IMG/VR virus record: IMGVR_UViG_3300044453_000072
Source of the DNA: a virus
Length of the DNA: 44,711 nucleotides
Strand: one strand, 5' to 3'
A program made the translations under genes and the position numbers. The notes beneath the pieces were generated by a model. That model made no database searches. It saw nothing but the letters and a program-made list of their open reading frames with translations, and had not been told where the DNA came from. This document shows positions 29,088 to 38,367 of this stretch, piece after piece. Position 1 is the first letter of the stretch. Each line of letters begins with the position of its first letter.

Positions 29088-29804
29088 ATGGACAGAGAAC
29101 AGAAGATAACCACTGCGGTTTGCTGGACACTGGCGGGTCTTGGCATGGCTGCACTGGCATGGGCAGCAATGAGCGAGGCGAAGGCGGCTCCCGTCAATGT
29201 GGACAATGCAATCGTGTTCCTGGCTGACGTTTCCAGCAGCATGGACGCCAACGAAATAGGTGTTGCTCGGGAAAGCCACGCATCTGCCGTTACGTCGCCT
29301 GACGTTCTGGACGCGATCCTCGGGACGGGCTTTCGGCAGTCCATGTTTGCCTATGTCGAGTTCTCTGAAAGCGCCGTCACGGTGGTTGACTGGACGCTGA
29401 TCGATTCAGCGGAAAGTGCGCAGCGGTTCGCTGCCGGGATACGCGATCATTCTAAGTCAAAGCCCCGCCCGCAACAAGGACTTACCGCCATTGGGACGGC
29501 CCTTTCCCATGCTTACGAGATGTTCGGGAATTGCGGATGCCGTCCCCTGTTCAAGACGGTTGACGTGGCGGGCGATGGTTCAAGCAATCTGGGTGTTAGC
29601 GTAAGCATTCCTCGGGAAATGCTGCTTCAGGAAGGCGTCACGATCAACGGCCTTCCCATGACGATTGCCCCGGCTGGCGAGACCGTCCCCGATTATTACG
29701 GCGAGTACATCATTGGTGGCCCCCGGTCTTTTTCGATCGAGCTTCGCGACATTGGCGAAATGCCCGTCCTGATGCGCCGCAAGCTGCTGATGGAGCTGTT
29801 CTGA
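29088..29804 (+). CDS. Secreted DUF1194-family vWA-like protein (238 aa)
   Basis: GAGGTGAGGGG RBS and signal peptide ...AGLGMAALAWAAMSEAKA. The DUF1194 signature is FLADVSSSMD..., TAIGTAL, VDVAGDGSSN, GVTINGLPM, YYGEYIIGGPRSF, RRKLLMEL. Confidence 0.8.
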   Translation: MDREQKITTAVCWTLAGLGMAALAWAAMSEAKAAPVNVDNAIVFLADVSSSMDANEIGVARESHASAVTSPDVLDAILGTGFRQSMFAYVEFSESAVTVVDWTLIDSAESAQRFAAGIRDHSKSKPRPQQGLTAIGTALSHAYEMFGNCGCRPLFKTVDVAGDGSSNLGVSVSIPREMLLQEGVTINGLPMTIAPAGETVPDYYGEYIIGGPRSFSIELRDIGEMPVLMRRKLLMELF

Positions 29805-30238
29805 TGCTCCCGCCACCCCGCGCAATCGAACTCTGGTCCTATCTGATCGGCTTAGGCCCGGTCGGTGAGCCTGTACGCATGACGCCCGAAATGGCCCGGC
29901 AGGACTTGAATGTCCGAACCCATAGCCACCTGTCACAGATGGTAACACGGCTGGTCCAGTACGGGGTAGTCCGGCGTGAACACGATCAGGTGTATGTGGT
30001 CCTGCGCAGGATTGAACACGAAGGCGCTCCGCCTGTTTCGGACCCCCGCTTCATGCTGGGTCAGAAGCATTTCGAACGTGCTGGCGGATGGTCGCTTTCA
30101 CAAGCCCACCGCGTAGCCAAGCTGTCTGAAATCCCGGCTGATACACGCGACCTGACCGGCAAGCTTTTGGGCGATCCTATCCCCGGCGATCCCCGTCGCG
30201 GCTGGACACCGCTTGAAGGCCCCGGAGCGCCCGCATGA
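29804..30238 (+). CDS. Winged-helix (MarR/replication-O-like?) DNA-binding protein candidate (144 aa)
   Basis: ...ELWSYLIGLG...HSHLSQMVTRLVQYGVVRRE..QVYVV is wHTH-like. The start overlaps the upstream stop. Confidence 0.45.
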   Translation: MLPPPRAIELWSYLIGLGPVGEPVRMTPEMARQDLNVRTHSHLSQMVTRLVQYGVVRREHDQVYVVLRRIEHEGAPPVSDPRFMLGQKHFERAGGWSLSQAHRVAKLSEIPADTRDLTGKLLGDPIPGDPRRGWTPLEGPGAPA

Positions 30239-30624
30239 CTGCAATACGGGTTGAACTCTCCGACATGCCGCCGTCTGCGAACAAGATGCGCCAGCATTTC
30301 ATCGTGGCGGGCAAGGTGCAGAGCACCAAGAGCAAAGCCTATGCGGCATGGAAGAAGTCAACGGCTTGGGAAATCGCCGGTAAGCGACCGGGCAAGATTG
30401 ATGGTCCCTACCGTCTGGCTATCGCCGCACAGCGCGACTGGCGGTCTAAGCGGGCAAGAGACATCGACAACATAATCAAGCCCGTCAGTGACGTTCTGGT
30501 GGCCGCTGGCGTGGTTTCCGACGACAGCCTCGCAGAGAGCGTAAGCGCCAAGTGGGCCGATGACCTTGGCGGGCCTGCTGTTGTCGTCATCATTCAAGAG
30601 CATGTGCAGGAGATGGCGGCGTGA
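30235..30624 (+). CDS. rusA: RusA-family Holliday junction resolvase (129 aa)
   Basis: The RusA signature is ..MPPSANKM...Y..WK...GPYRL.I...RDWRSKRARDIDNIIKPVSDVLVAAGVVSDDS. Confidence 0.85.
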   Translation: MTAIRVELSDMPPSANKMRQHFIVAGKVQSTKSKAYAAWKKSTAWEIAGKRPGKIDGPYRLAIAAQRDWRSKRARDIDNIIKPVSDVLVAAGVVSDDSLAESVSAKWADDLGGPAVVVIIQEHVQEMAA

Positions 30625-30911
30625 CCCCGCGCGAAGCTCTCCAAACCGTACTGGACGAAGAACACGCCGACGCGGTGATTGAACACCGTCGCGTGACGAT
30701 CCGTAAGCCTCTCACAGCCTATGCCGCCAAGCTGCTCGCCAAGCGGTTTCTGGAATGGGGCGATCCGAACCAGGCGGCGGAAATCATGATTGAGCGGGCA
30801 TGGCAGGGGTTCAATGTGAATTGGGTGCGCGACAGGCCAAAACCGAACGCGCCTCAATCCACCGGCCACGCAATGCTTGACGCTCTTATGGTGGGGAGGA
30901 CGCCACATTGA
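30621..30911 (+). CDS. Hypothetical protein (96 aa), GTG start
   Basis: The start overlaps the rusA stop as GTGA. Confidence 0.5.
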   Translation: MTPREALQTVLDEEHADAVIEHRRVTIRKPLTAYAAKLLAKRFLEWGDPNQAAEIMIERAWQGFNVNWVRDRPKPNAPQSTGHAMLDALMVGRTPH

Positions 30912-31384
30912 ACCTCCCCGTTCAACAGCCTCAGAACTTACCCCTGAGACGGGCCGATACCGACGATATCACCCGCCCGCTCGGAAAGCTGGTGCTGGCC
31001 TTCGATCCCTATGTCGATCGATCTGCTTCACATGCACAGGAATACGCACAGGCCAAAATGGCTGTGTACCGCGAAGCTCTCGACGGATTGCCGGAATGGG
31101 CGATTGAGCGAGCAGTGGACGCCTTCATAGCGGGCCGGGTTGAGGGGCAAAACCTCGACAGGTTTCCGACATCGGCACGGCTCGCTGCGGAAGCCAAGCG
31201 CCATGTGGACGAAGAATCCCTTCGCCAGCAATCCAGGCGCCGCAGCGACCAGATAGCCCGTGAGCGCCGGGAGCATGAAGAATTCCTTGCCAACCGCCCA
31301 TCGGCGGAAGAACGCGCCAGACGAGCAGCGGAGATCATGAAAAAGCACGGGCTGCATCCCATGCCCGGCAGTGAGCAGGAGTAG
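30908..31384 (+). CDS. Hypothetical replication-module protein (158 aa), TTG start
   Basis: The start overlaps the upstream stop as TTGA. The C-terminus is charged and helical. Confidence 0.45.
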   Translation: MNLPVQQPQNLPLRRADTDDITRPLGKLVLAFDPYVDRSASHAQEYAQAKMAVYREALDGLPEWAIERAVDAFIAGRVEGQNLDRFPTSARLAAEAKRHVDEESLRQQSRRRSDQIARERREHEEFLANRPSAEERARRAAEIMKKHGLHPMPGSEQE

Positions 31385-31389
31385 CAGCA

Positions 31390-31893
31390 ATGTACGCAGT
31401 ATCAGCGAGTGCAACCATGGCGGGGCTGGAAAAGCGCGGCGTTAAGTTCGTGCCGGATACGGGGATCGATCTCAGACGCCGGCAGCCCGAGCCGGTTCGG
31501 ATCGTTTATGCGCCCGATCCACGATTGGATGAGTACAGGCGCATCGCTGATGAGGCGATCGAGCGCGGCAACATCGCCTTGGCTCGGCTTAGGGAACTGG
31601 AGGATGAATTGGGCGAACGTCGGTTCACGCCGATCACACTGAGCAGGATCGAGCGGCGTATCTCAAAGGCCCTCAAAGTCCCTGTCCACGAAATCCACAG
31701 CAACCGCCGAACGAGGCATGTAGTGCTTGCGAGACAGGCGGTCACATATTGGGCCTATCGGCTGACATCGCTTTCTCTGCCAGAGATCGGCCGCCGGTTG
31801 GGCGGGAAGGACCATACATCGATCCTCCACGGCAAGACGGTCTATCCGAAAAAACGCGCCGCCATGGGCCGCTATCTGAGGGAAGCGCGGTGA
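31390..31893 (+). CDS. DnaA domain-IV (DnaA C-terminal HTH) containing protein (167 aa)
   Basis: The Bac_DnaA_C signature is ISKALKVPVHEIHSNRRTRHVVLARQAVTYWAYRLTSLSLPEIGRRLGGKDHTSILHG. No AAA+ domain is present. Confidence 0.75.
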   Translation: MYAVSASATMAGLEKRGVKFVPDTGIDLRRRQPEPVRIVYAPDPRLDEYRRIADEAIERGNIALARLRELEDELGERRFTPITLSRIERRISKALKVPVHEIHSNRRTRHVVLARQAVTYWAYRLTSLSLPEIGRRLGGKDHTSILHGKTVYPKKRAAMGRYLREAR

Positions 31894-31933
31894 CCACCAA
31901 AGCCGAACGTCTGAGACGCAAGAGGGGTGGGCG

Positions 31934-32230
31934 GTGAACCGCTTCGCCTTTCGATATGTGCGTGACGGCATGGGCTACAGGGCTGAGTACCGTCTTGCTC
32001 ACTGGTCCGGGTTCCGAGTGGTCAGGGACAGTGCCGGTGACCCTATTCCCTACACGCATCCGATAGATGCAGCTCTGTCAGCAGCCAATGCACTGGTTGG
32101 GGAATTGAACGGAAACATCGCTTTCTGGCGAGGGCCAAGCCGGGATGATGCGAGGGAAGCAGCAGAGAAGATTTTCACGAGGGCAGACGATGGCAAGGCG
32201 GAAACCGAAACGCAATCAGGGGGCGACTGA
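31934..32230 (+). CDS. Hypothetical protein (98 aa), GTG start
   Basis: AGAGGGGTGGG RBS upstream of GTG 31934. Confidence 0.5.
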   Translation: MNRFAFRYVRDGMGYRAEYRLAHWSGFRVVRDSAGDPIPYTHPIDAALSAANALVGELNGNIAFWRGPSRDDAREAAEKIFTRADDGKAETETQSGGD

Positions 32231-32231
32231 C

Positions 32232-32759
32232 ATGAACGTATCAGTCGGAAACCTGAAATCCATTGTGACCATTGCCGAGGTCGAAAACCCGATGTGGTCA
32301 CGAGACCATGACGGCGACAAGACCAATCCGCGCACAATCCAAGCTTTCAAGAACGCGCGGGAATCCGAGATAGCGTTTCTCTACTCACGCGGTGCGATCA
32401 GCCAAAGCCAGTTGGCCGCTGCCGACAGGTTCCGCAAGCTCTTCGAGGCCATGGGCGGGGCCGGGGCAAAGGCAATGGACACCACCAAGGAATTTGTAGA
32501 GGGCGGCAGGTTTCCGGAGCCTATCGGGGAACGGGCGATTGATGCGGGAAAAAAGCTGGCACTGGCCTATGAGGCGCTTGTCGCTTCCCACGGCCTCTAT
32601 TCATGGAAGGTGGTGGGCTATATTTGCGGTCAGGGCGTGTCCGTCCAGCAGATGACGTCGACCCGCCGACAAAGGGATACGATGCTCGACAATCTCAGGA
32701 TGTATCTGGACTGCCTCGCAGGTCATTGGGGCTATTCAACTGTCAAAAAACGGGCGTGA
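32232..32759 (+). CDS. Hypothetical protein, positional candidate late-gene regulator (175 aa)
   Basis: AGGGGG RBS, with ATG 32232 lying 2 nt after the upstream stop. It is the last sizeable gene before the packaging genes. No motif was recognised. Confidence 0.5.
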   Translation: MNVSVGNLKSIVTIAEVENPMWSRDHDGDKTNPRTIQAFKNARESEIAFLYSRGAISQSQLAAADRFRKLFEAMGGAGAKAMDTTKEFVEGGRFPEPIGERAIDAGKKLALAYEALVASHGLYSWKVVGYICGQGVSVQQMTSTRRQRDTMLDNLRMYLDCLAGHWGYSTVKKRA

Positions 32760-32773
32760 AGCCAAGGAAAAGG

Positions 32774-32805
32774 TAGCATCGAAACGGCAGAAATGCTAGT
32801 GTTTT
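32774..32805 (+). terminator. Weak intrinsic terminator candidate
   Basis: The TAGCAT/ATGCTA stem (32774-79/32793-98) is followed by GTGTTTTCGG. Confidence 0.3.
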
Positions 32806-32809
32806 CGGT

Positions 32810-33082
32810 ATGATAGACGAACGAGACGCAGACCTTTGGTATGACTTCGCGGATGCGATAGCGGCGCATTCTCGTGATGTTCGTCGGCGTGGGCGCGATT
32901 GGCTAAAGGGCTTTTCCTACGAGCGGCGTCCGCCCAATACCTTTGGGCCAATGATGGGAGGGGGTTTGTTCGGCGCGCCTCTTCCCAGCCAAGCGTACCT
33001 TATGAACCATTGGGTGCCTCATAGAATGAGGCAGCCGCAGTACGGCTCGATTTTCGGAAGCTTGTTTGGTGGGCTGCTATGA
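32810..33082 (+). CDS. Hypothetical protein (90 aa)
   Basis: ORF with a Gly-rich C-terminus (GSIFGSLFGGLL). Confidence 0.45.
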   Translation: MIDERDADLWYDFADAIAAHSRDVRRRGRDWLKGFSYERRPPNTFGPMMGGGLFGAPLPSQAYLMNHWVPHRMRQPQYGSIFGSLFGGLL

Positions 33083-33396
33083 TCATGTTCATTCCGCATC
33101 CGAAATGACTTGACCACGTGCGCACGAACCAGTACAACATCTGATAACAGCACTCATTGCGACTGATTTGCATCCGCCCAGCCTCATCGCCCGGCGGGTG
33201 TTTTCGTATGCGAGGATGACAGATGCTCTACCGCTACCCTTCCCACACAGGAACAAAGACAGGCGAGAAGAACGCAGAGAGCAGACGAACTGGTCGCCTT
33301 CTCATTCGCATCAAGGATGGTGGTGAAGTCGGAGACGGCTGGTACGACGCCAGTGAGTGCGAGCGGGCGGCTTCGTGAGGCGGAAGGAATAGGACA

Positions 33397-33855
33397 ATGG
33401 CCGCAGGCCGTCCAAGCGGCTACAGCCAAGACACGGCCGACGCGATCTGTAATCGGCTTGTATCCGGTGAGAGCCTTCGCACTATCTGCGATGATGAAGC
33501 GATGCCCGCTTGTTCGACGGTATTCAAGTGGCTGGCTGAAAACCCGGAATTTTCGGAGCAATACACGCGCGCAAGAGAAGCGCAGGCCGACGCTCTTTTC
33601 GATGATGTTCTGTCCATTGCTGACGACGCTCGCAACGACTGGATGAAAAGTCGCGGCGAGGATGATGCTGGCTGGGTAGCAAACGGCGAGCACATCCAGC
33701 GGTCCAAGCTCCGCATTGATGCCCGCAAATGGATGGCCGGGAAACTGAAGCCGAAGAAGTACGGCGAAAAGCTGGAGCTGTCTGGTGACGCTGAAAACCC
33801 TGTTGCGGTGTCGGTAATTGAACGTCGCATCATCGACCCGAAAGCTGACCGTTGA
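33397..33855 (+). CDS. terS: Terminase small subunit (152 aa)
   Basis: The TerS signature is GRPSGYSQDTADAICNRLVSGESLRTICDDEAMPACSTVFKWLAENPEFSEQYTRAREAQAD. It lies directly upstream of TerL. Confidence 0.8.
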   Translation: MAAGRPSGYSQDTADAICNRLVSGESLRTICDDEAMPACSTVFKWLAENPEFSEQYTRAREAQADALFDDVLSIADDARNDWMKSRGEDDAGWVANGEHIQRSKLRIDARKWMAGKLKPKKYGEKLELSGDAENPVAVSVIERRIIDPKADR

Positions 33856-35128
33856 TGTTGCTAGGGTCTTCGTCCCACTCCTAACACAGGCTCGGTACAA
33901 AGGCGCATGGGGCGGTCGCGGTTCTGGCAAGTCTCATTTCTTCGCCGGCCATCTGATTGAAGACAGCCTGGCTGAAAAGGGGCTGCGCTCGGTCTGCATT
34001 CGTGAGGTCCAGAAGTCCCTCAAGGAATCGGCCAAGCGTCTCATTGAAGACAAGCTGGCGGAGTTCCGGCTTGGTGAGGCTGACGGCTTCAAGGTCTTTC
34101 GCGAGGTTATCGAAACGCCCGGCGATGGTCTGATTACCTTTCAGGGTATGCAGGACCACACGGCGGAGTCGATCAAGTCGCTGGAGGGCTTCAAGCGGGC
34201 GTGGGCAGAGGAAGCCCAGACGCTATCGGCCCGGTCGCTTTCATTGCTTAGACCGACAATTCGTTCGGAAGGTTCGGAGCTGTGGTTCTCATGGAACCCG
34301 CGCCGCAAGAACGATCCTGTCGATGTGATGCTGAGGGGCGAAACCTTACCAACCGGCGCAACGGTTATTCGGGCCAACTGGTCTGACAACCCGTGGTTTC
34401 CGAGTGTTCTTGAGCAGGAGCGTGAGGATTGCCTGAACCAGACGCCGGACCAATATGACCACATCTGGGAAGGCGGATACGCAACGGTGCTTGAAGGCGC
34501 GTATTACGCTCAGGCTCTTGCTCAAGCGAAACAGGACGGTCGAATTGGCAAAGTAGCTGCCGACCCGAACCTGACGATCAAGCTCGTTTGCGATATTGGT
34601 GGCACTGGTGCAAAGGCTGATGCGTTCGCAATCGTTTGTGAGCAGTGGGTAGGGCGCACGATCTGCGTGCTCGATTACTACGAGGCGCAGGGGCAGGACT
34701 TCGCCGCGCATCTCAATTGGCTTCGTAGCCGTGGTTACACGCCTGAGCGAACGCAAGTCATCCTGCCGCATGACGGCAAGAGCCACGACAAGGTCTATGA
34801 CGTTTCATACGAGAGCGCATTCCGCGATGCGGGGTATGACGTTGTTGTAATTCCGAACCAGGGCAAGGGCGCTGCAATGCAGCGTGTGACGGTCTCTCGC
34901 AGGCTATTCCCGAGCATCTGGTTCAACGAGGAAACGACCGGCGGATTGCTGGAAGCTCTCGGTTGGTATCACGAGCGTCGTGACGAAGACCGCAACACTG
35001 GTCTCGGGCCTGAGCACGATTGGGCATCCAACGGCGCTGATGCGTTCGGTCTCGGCTGTGTTGCTTATGAGGCGCCGAGGGGCAAGCCGAAGATAGAATT
35101 CGCTGGCACAGGTTCATGGATGGGCTAA
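33818..35128 (+). CDS. terL: Terminase large subunit (436 aa)
   Basis: Walker A is GGRGSGKS and the C-terminal half is nuclease-like. The start (TTG 33818) is uncertain and overlaps terS. Confidence 0.9.
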   Translation: MNVASSTRKLTVDVARVFVPLLTQARYKGAWGGRGSGKSHFFAGHLIEDSLAEKGLRSVCIREVQKSLKESAKRLIEDKLAEFRLGEADGFKVFREVIETPGDGLITFQGMQDHTAESIKSLEGFKRAWAEEAQTLSARSLSLLRPTIRSEGSELWFSWNPRRKNDPVDVMLRGETLPTGATVIRANWSDNPWFPSVLEQEREDCLNQTPDQYDHIWEGGYATVLEGAYYAQALAQAKQDGRIGKVAADPNLTIKLVCDIGGTGAKADAFAIVCEQWVGRTICVLDYYEAQGQDFAAHLNWLRSRGYTPERTQVILPHDGKSHDKVYDVSYESAFRDAGYDVVVIPNQGKGAAMQRVTVSRRLFPSIWFNEETTGGLLEALGWYHERRDEDRNTGLGPEHDWASNGADAFGLGCVAYEAPRGKPKIEFAGTGSWMG

Positions 35129-35328
35129 CCGCTGATGAACTCCGCGCCCTTTTCGCGACGGAGTTCAACAAGGTTCTCGGCACAACGCCACAAGCCCGGT
35201 TCGAACGGGCGCATTTGCTGAACATGCTGACACGCAAGCTGACCGCGCATTTCGATGCTGCGGGCTGGCCGGCCACGCAAGAGGAAACCCTTGCCTATGT
35301 ACGACAAGCAGTCGAACGATACGGCTAA
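35116..35328 (+). CDS. Small helical protein between terL and portal (70 aa)
   Basis: ATG 35116 overlaps the terL end. Confidence 0.45.
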   Translation: MDGLTADELRALFATEFNKVLGTTPQARFERAHLLNMLTRKLTAHFDAAGWPATQEETLAYVRQAVERYG

Positions 35329-37336
35329 GGATAACGACGCGCTCATCAAGCGGGCGCGCGATGTTTTCTCCCGATGCAAGGATGCAGGCGACCACAACCG
35401 CCAGACCGCCATTGACGACATTCGCTTTGCCCGTCTCGGCGAGCAGTGGCCCAGCGATATCGTTGAGCAGCGCAAGCGGGAATCGAGGCCGCACCTCACC
35501 ATCAACAGGCTTCCGGCATTTATCCGCCAGGTGGTTAACGATGCGCGCCAGAACAAGCCAGGCATCAAGGTTCGCCCTGCGGATAGCAACGCAGACAAGG
35601 ACACGGCAGAGGTCATCAATGGCCTGATCCGCAACATCGAATACACGTCCGACGCCGATGTGGCTTACGACACGGGTGTTGAATGTGCGGTAACTGGTGG
35701 TTTCGGGTACTGGCGCATCGATCTCGACTACGCGCATAGCGACAGTTTCGATCTGGATATCCGCATAGCGCGCATTTCCAATCCGCTGAGCGTTTACGAA
35801 GACCCGAATGCGACGGCCGCCGATTCATCGGACTGGAACGACTGCTTTGTCACCGATGTCCTGAGCGAGGAGCAGTTCAAGGCCAAGTATCCCAAGGCCG
35901 ACAATCGTCATTGGGACGATACCGACGCATGGGGCGATGCGCCTGACTGGCATGACAACGGCATTGTTGTTGCGGAGTGGTGGAGCCGCGAGGAGGTCGA
36001 GGAGGAAATTGTCCAGCTTCAGGACGGCTCGGTCTATTCGGCTAAGCAGCTTCAGGAAGACGAAGACCTTCTGCTGGTTCGCATCCAGATCGAGAACTTC
36101 CCCGACACGGTGAAGGCCCGCAAGACCAAGAAAGCCTACAAGGTCACGCAGCGCATCATGACCGGGCTTGAGGTGCTGGAAACGAACGAATGGCCGGGGC
36201 AGTACATCCCGATCATCCCGGTTTACGGCGATGAGATTGTCGTCAACGGCAAGCGCTATTTCCGCTCGCTGATCCATGACGCCATCGATCCGCAGCGCAT
36301 GTTCAATTACTGGCGCACTACGTCCACGGAACTGGTGGCGCTTGCTCCTCGTGTGCCGTTTATCGGGCCTGAGGGCGCATTCGATGTCGATCCGGAGAAA
36401 TGGGCGTCGATCAACACACGGTCCCATGCGTTTGTCGAATATTCCAAGAATGCGGTAGCCGCGCCCCAGCGGCAGCCGCTCGATGCCGGCCCGGCAGCAG
36501 GCGCGATGCAGGAAGCATTGCTTGCCTCGGATGACATGAAGGGCGTCATGGGGCTGCACGACGCATCCCTTGGGGCAAAATCGAACGAAACCAGCGGCAG
36601 GGCGATCATGGCCCGCCAGCGGGAAGGGGACGTTTCCACATTCCACTTCCAGGACAATGAAAGCCGCGCCATCAGGCACACCGGCAGGGTCATCCTGGAC
36701 CTGTTGCCGCATGTCTACAACAAGGCCCGCGTGGTCAGGGTTCTTGGCGAGGACGGCAAGGAGCGTCCCGTCCAGATCGGCCAGGAATATCAGAAGCAAG
36801 ACCCGAAAACGGGTGAATTGCTGTTTGAACAGGATGCGAACGGCATCGACCAGCCTGTCATGGCGATGCACGATTTGACCGTGGGCAAGTACGACCTGAC
36901 CGTCACAACTGGCCCGAGCTTCACGACACGGCGCGAGGAAGCCGCTTTCCAGATGACGGAAATGATCCGTGCGCTACCTGCCTCCGCACCGATCCTTGGC
37001 AAGCATCTGGCCCGCAATCTGGATTGGCCGGGTGCCGACGAGATCGCGGAGGAACTGGAAGCCCTTGTGCCCAAGCCGGACGTGATACCGCGCGATGAGG
37101 CCATGCAGATTGCGCAGCAATTCCAGCAGCGCATTGCCGAGCTTGAACAGGAAAACCGCGACCTGAAGACAAATGCCGGCGTGGATATGCAGCGGCTCGG
37201 CGAGGAACAGCGCGCCAACATGGCGGATGAGGCCACGGATCGTTTCAACGCCATCACCGATCGGATGAAGGTCGGCGTAAGCGCCAGACAGGCAGAACAG
37301 CGGGCATCGCAGCCCCGACAGAATCCGCAGCGCTGA
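35297..37336 (+). CDS. Portal protein (679 aa; alternative ATG at 35255)
   Basis: Its position and size fit. The N-terminal ...DDIRFARLGEQWPSDIVEQRKRESRPHLTINRLPAFIRQVVNDARQNKPGIKVRP is typical of P22-type portals (recalled). Confidence 0.85.
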   Translation: MYDKQSNDTAKDNDALIKRARDVFSRCKDAGDHNRQTAIDDIRFARLGEQWPSDIVEQRKRESRPHLTINRLPAFIRQVVNDARQNKPGIKVRPADSNADKDTAEVINGLIRNIEYTSDADVAYDTGVECAVTGGFGYWRIDLDYAHSDSFDLDIRIARISNPLSVYEDPNATAADSSDWNDCFVTDVLSEEQFKAKYPKADNRHWDDTDAWGDAPDWHDNGIVVAEWWSREEVEEEIVQLQDGSVYSAKQLQEDEDLLLVRIQIENFPDTVKARKTKKAYKVTQRIMTGLEVLETNEWPGQYIPIIPVYGDEIVVNGKRYFRSLIHDAIDPQRMFNYWRTTSTELVALAPRVPFIGPEGAFDVDPEKWASINTRSHAFVEYSKNAVAAPQRQPLDAGPAAGAMQEALLASDDMKGVMGLHDASLGAKSNETSGRAIMARQREGDVSTFHFQDNESRAIRHTGRVILDLLPHVYNKARVVRVLGEDGKERPVQIGQEYQKQDPKTGELLFEQDANGIDQPVMAMHDLTVGKYDLTVTTGPSFTTRREEAAFQMTEMIRALPASAPILGKHLARNLDWPGADEIAEELEALVPKPDVIPRDEAMQIAQQFQQRIAELEQENRDLKTNAGVDMQRLGEEQRANMADEATDRFNAITDRMKVGVSARQAEQRASQPRQNPQR

Positions 37337-37388
37337 CGGTCAGAAGCGCAACAACCCATTCACCAACCGCGAGGAGTGAATATCGTCC

Positions 37389-38285
37389 ATGGCTGACGAA
37401 CTGGAAGCTATTGCCGAAACCGAACAGGCCCAGCCTGCAATCGGAGAAGGCGAGAAAGGCAACGTTCTGGAGCAAGCCGACACTGACGGCACTCAGGAGC
37501 AGGAAGTAGAACAGCCGGAAGGCGAAGAAGGTGCGGAAGGCGAGGAACAGCCCGTCGATGACGGGTTGACCGATCTCGACTTTGCATTCGGCAAATGGAG
37601 GGTCGATCCGAAGCTTGCCGAGGCCGTAACCGGCCTTCAGAAGACCTTCACGGAAAAGACCCAGACCTACAATTCGGAATTGCGTGAGTTGAAGGCGAAA
37701 GCCGAGGCCCGCGCGGAAGCCAACGAGGCGGAACTGACCGCGCGCGCTCAGTTGACGCATGTCAACCAAGAGATGAAGCGGTTCGAAGCCTATGACTGGC
37801 AGGCCTACCTGTTGCATAAGCAGGATGACCCATATGCGGCACAGGAGGCATGGGACTACAAGCAGCATCTGTCCCAGCAAAAGACCCATCTGGAGGGCGA
37901 AATCCAGAACCAGCAGACCATCCGGTCTCAGGAGACGCAGCAAGAATTTGCCAAGCGTGTTGAGGAAACCCGGCAGTTTGCGATGAAGGAAATCGAGGGC
38001 TGGACGCCAGAAATGGACCAGAAGCTCCTCGAATTTGCGCAGAGCATGGAAATCCCGGAGGACTCCATCAGGAGCAACCTCAATCCGGTATTCTACAAGC
38101 TACTGCATCGCGCATGGATAGGGGAACAGACCCTGTCCCGAAAACCGGCGGCGGCTAAACAGCCCCAGCAGCAGGCGAAACCGACCTCGAAAATTGCTCC
38201 ACGTTCAAATCCGGGCGCCCAGAAATCGCTCTCGGAAATGAACATGGATGAATACGTGGCGGCGCGCAGAAAGCAGGGTCTCTAA
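37389..38285 (+). CDS. Scaffolding protein (298 aa)
   Basis: Highly charged E/Q/K/A-rich coiled-coil ORF between the portal and coat genes. Confidence 0.7.
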   Translation: MADELEAIAETEQAQPAIGEGEKGNVLEQADTDGTQEQEVEQPEGEEGAEGEEQPVDDGLTDLDFAFGKWRVDPKLAEAVTGLQKTFTEKTQTYNSELRELKAKAEARAEANEAELTARAQLTHVNQEMKRFEAYDWQAYLLHKQDDPYAAQEAWDYKQHLSQQKTHLEGEIQNQQTIRSQETQQEFAKRVEETRQFAMKEIEGWTPEMDQKLLEFAQSMEIPEDSIRSNLNPVFYKLLHRAWIGEQTLSRKPAAAKQPQQQAKPTSKIAPRSNPGAQKSLSEMNMDEYVAARRKQGL

Positions 38286-38367
38286 CCGCCTTTCCCAACC
38301 CGATGGAACGCCGTGATGGCTGTCCCGTCCCTGAGCCGACCCCAGTGTCGGCCCGATGGAGCATGAA

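Noticed and set aside
35825-36871. Long antisense ORFs inside large genes, for example 35825..36871 (-) in portal. Others are 40586..41518 (-), 40096..40818 (-), 37254..37943 (-), 33184..33930 (-), 25479..26414 (-), 1850..2464 (-) and 8195..8749 (-)
   Set aside because: These are typical GC-rich antisense open frames. They are Arg/Pro/Gly/His-rich with no motifs, and they fully overlap genes that have clear family signatures.
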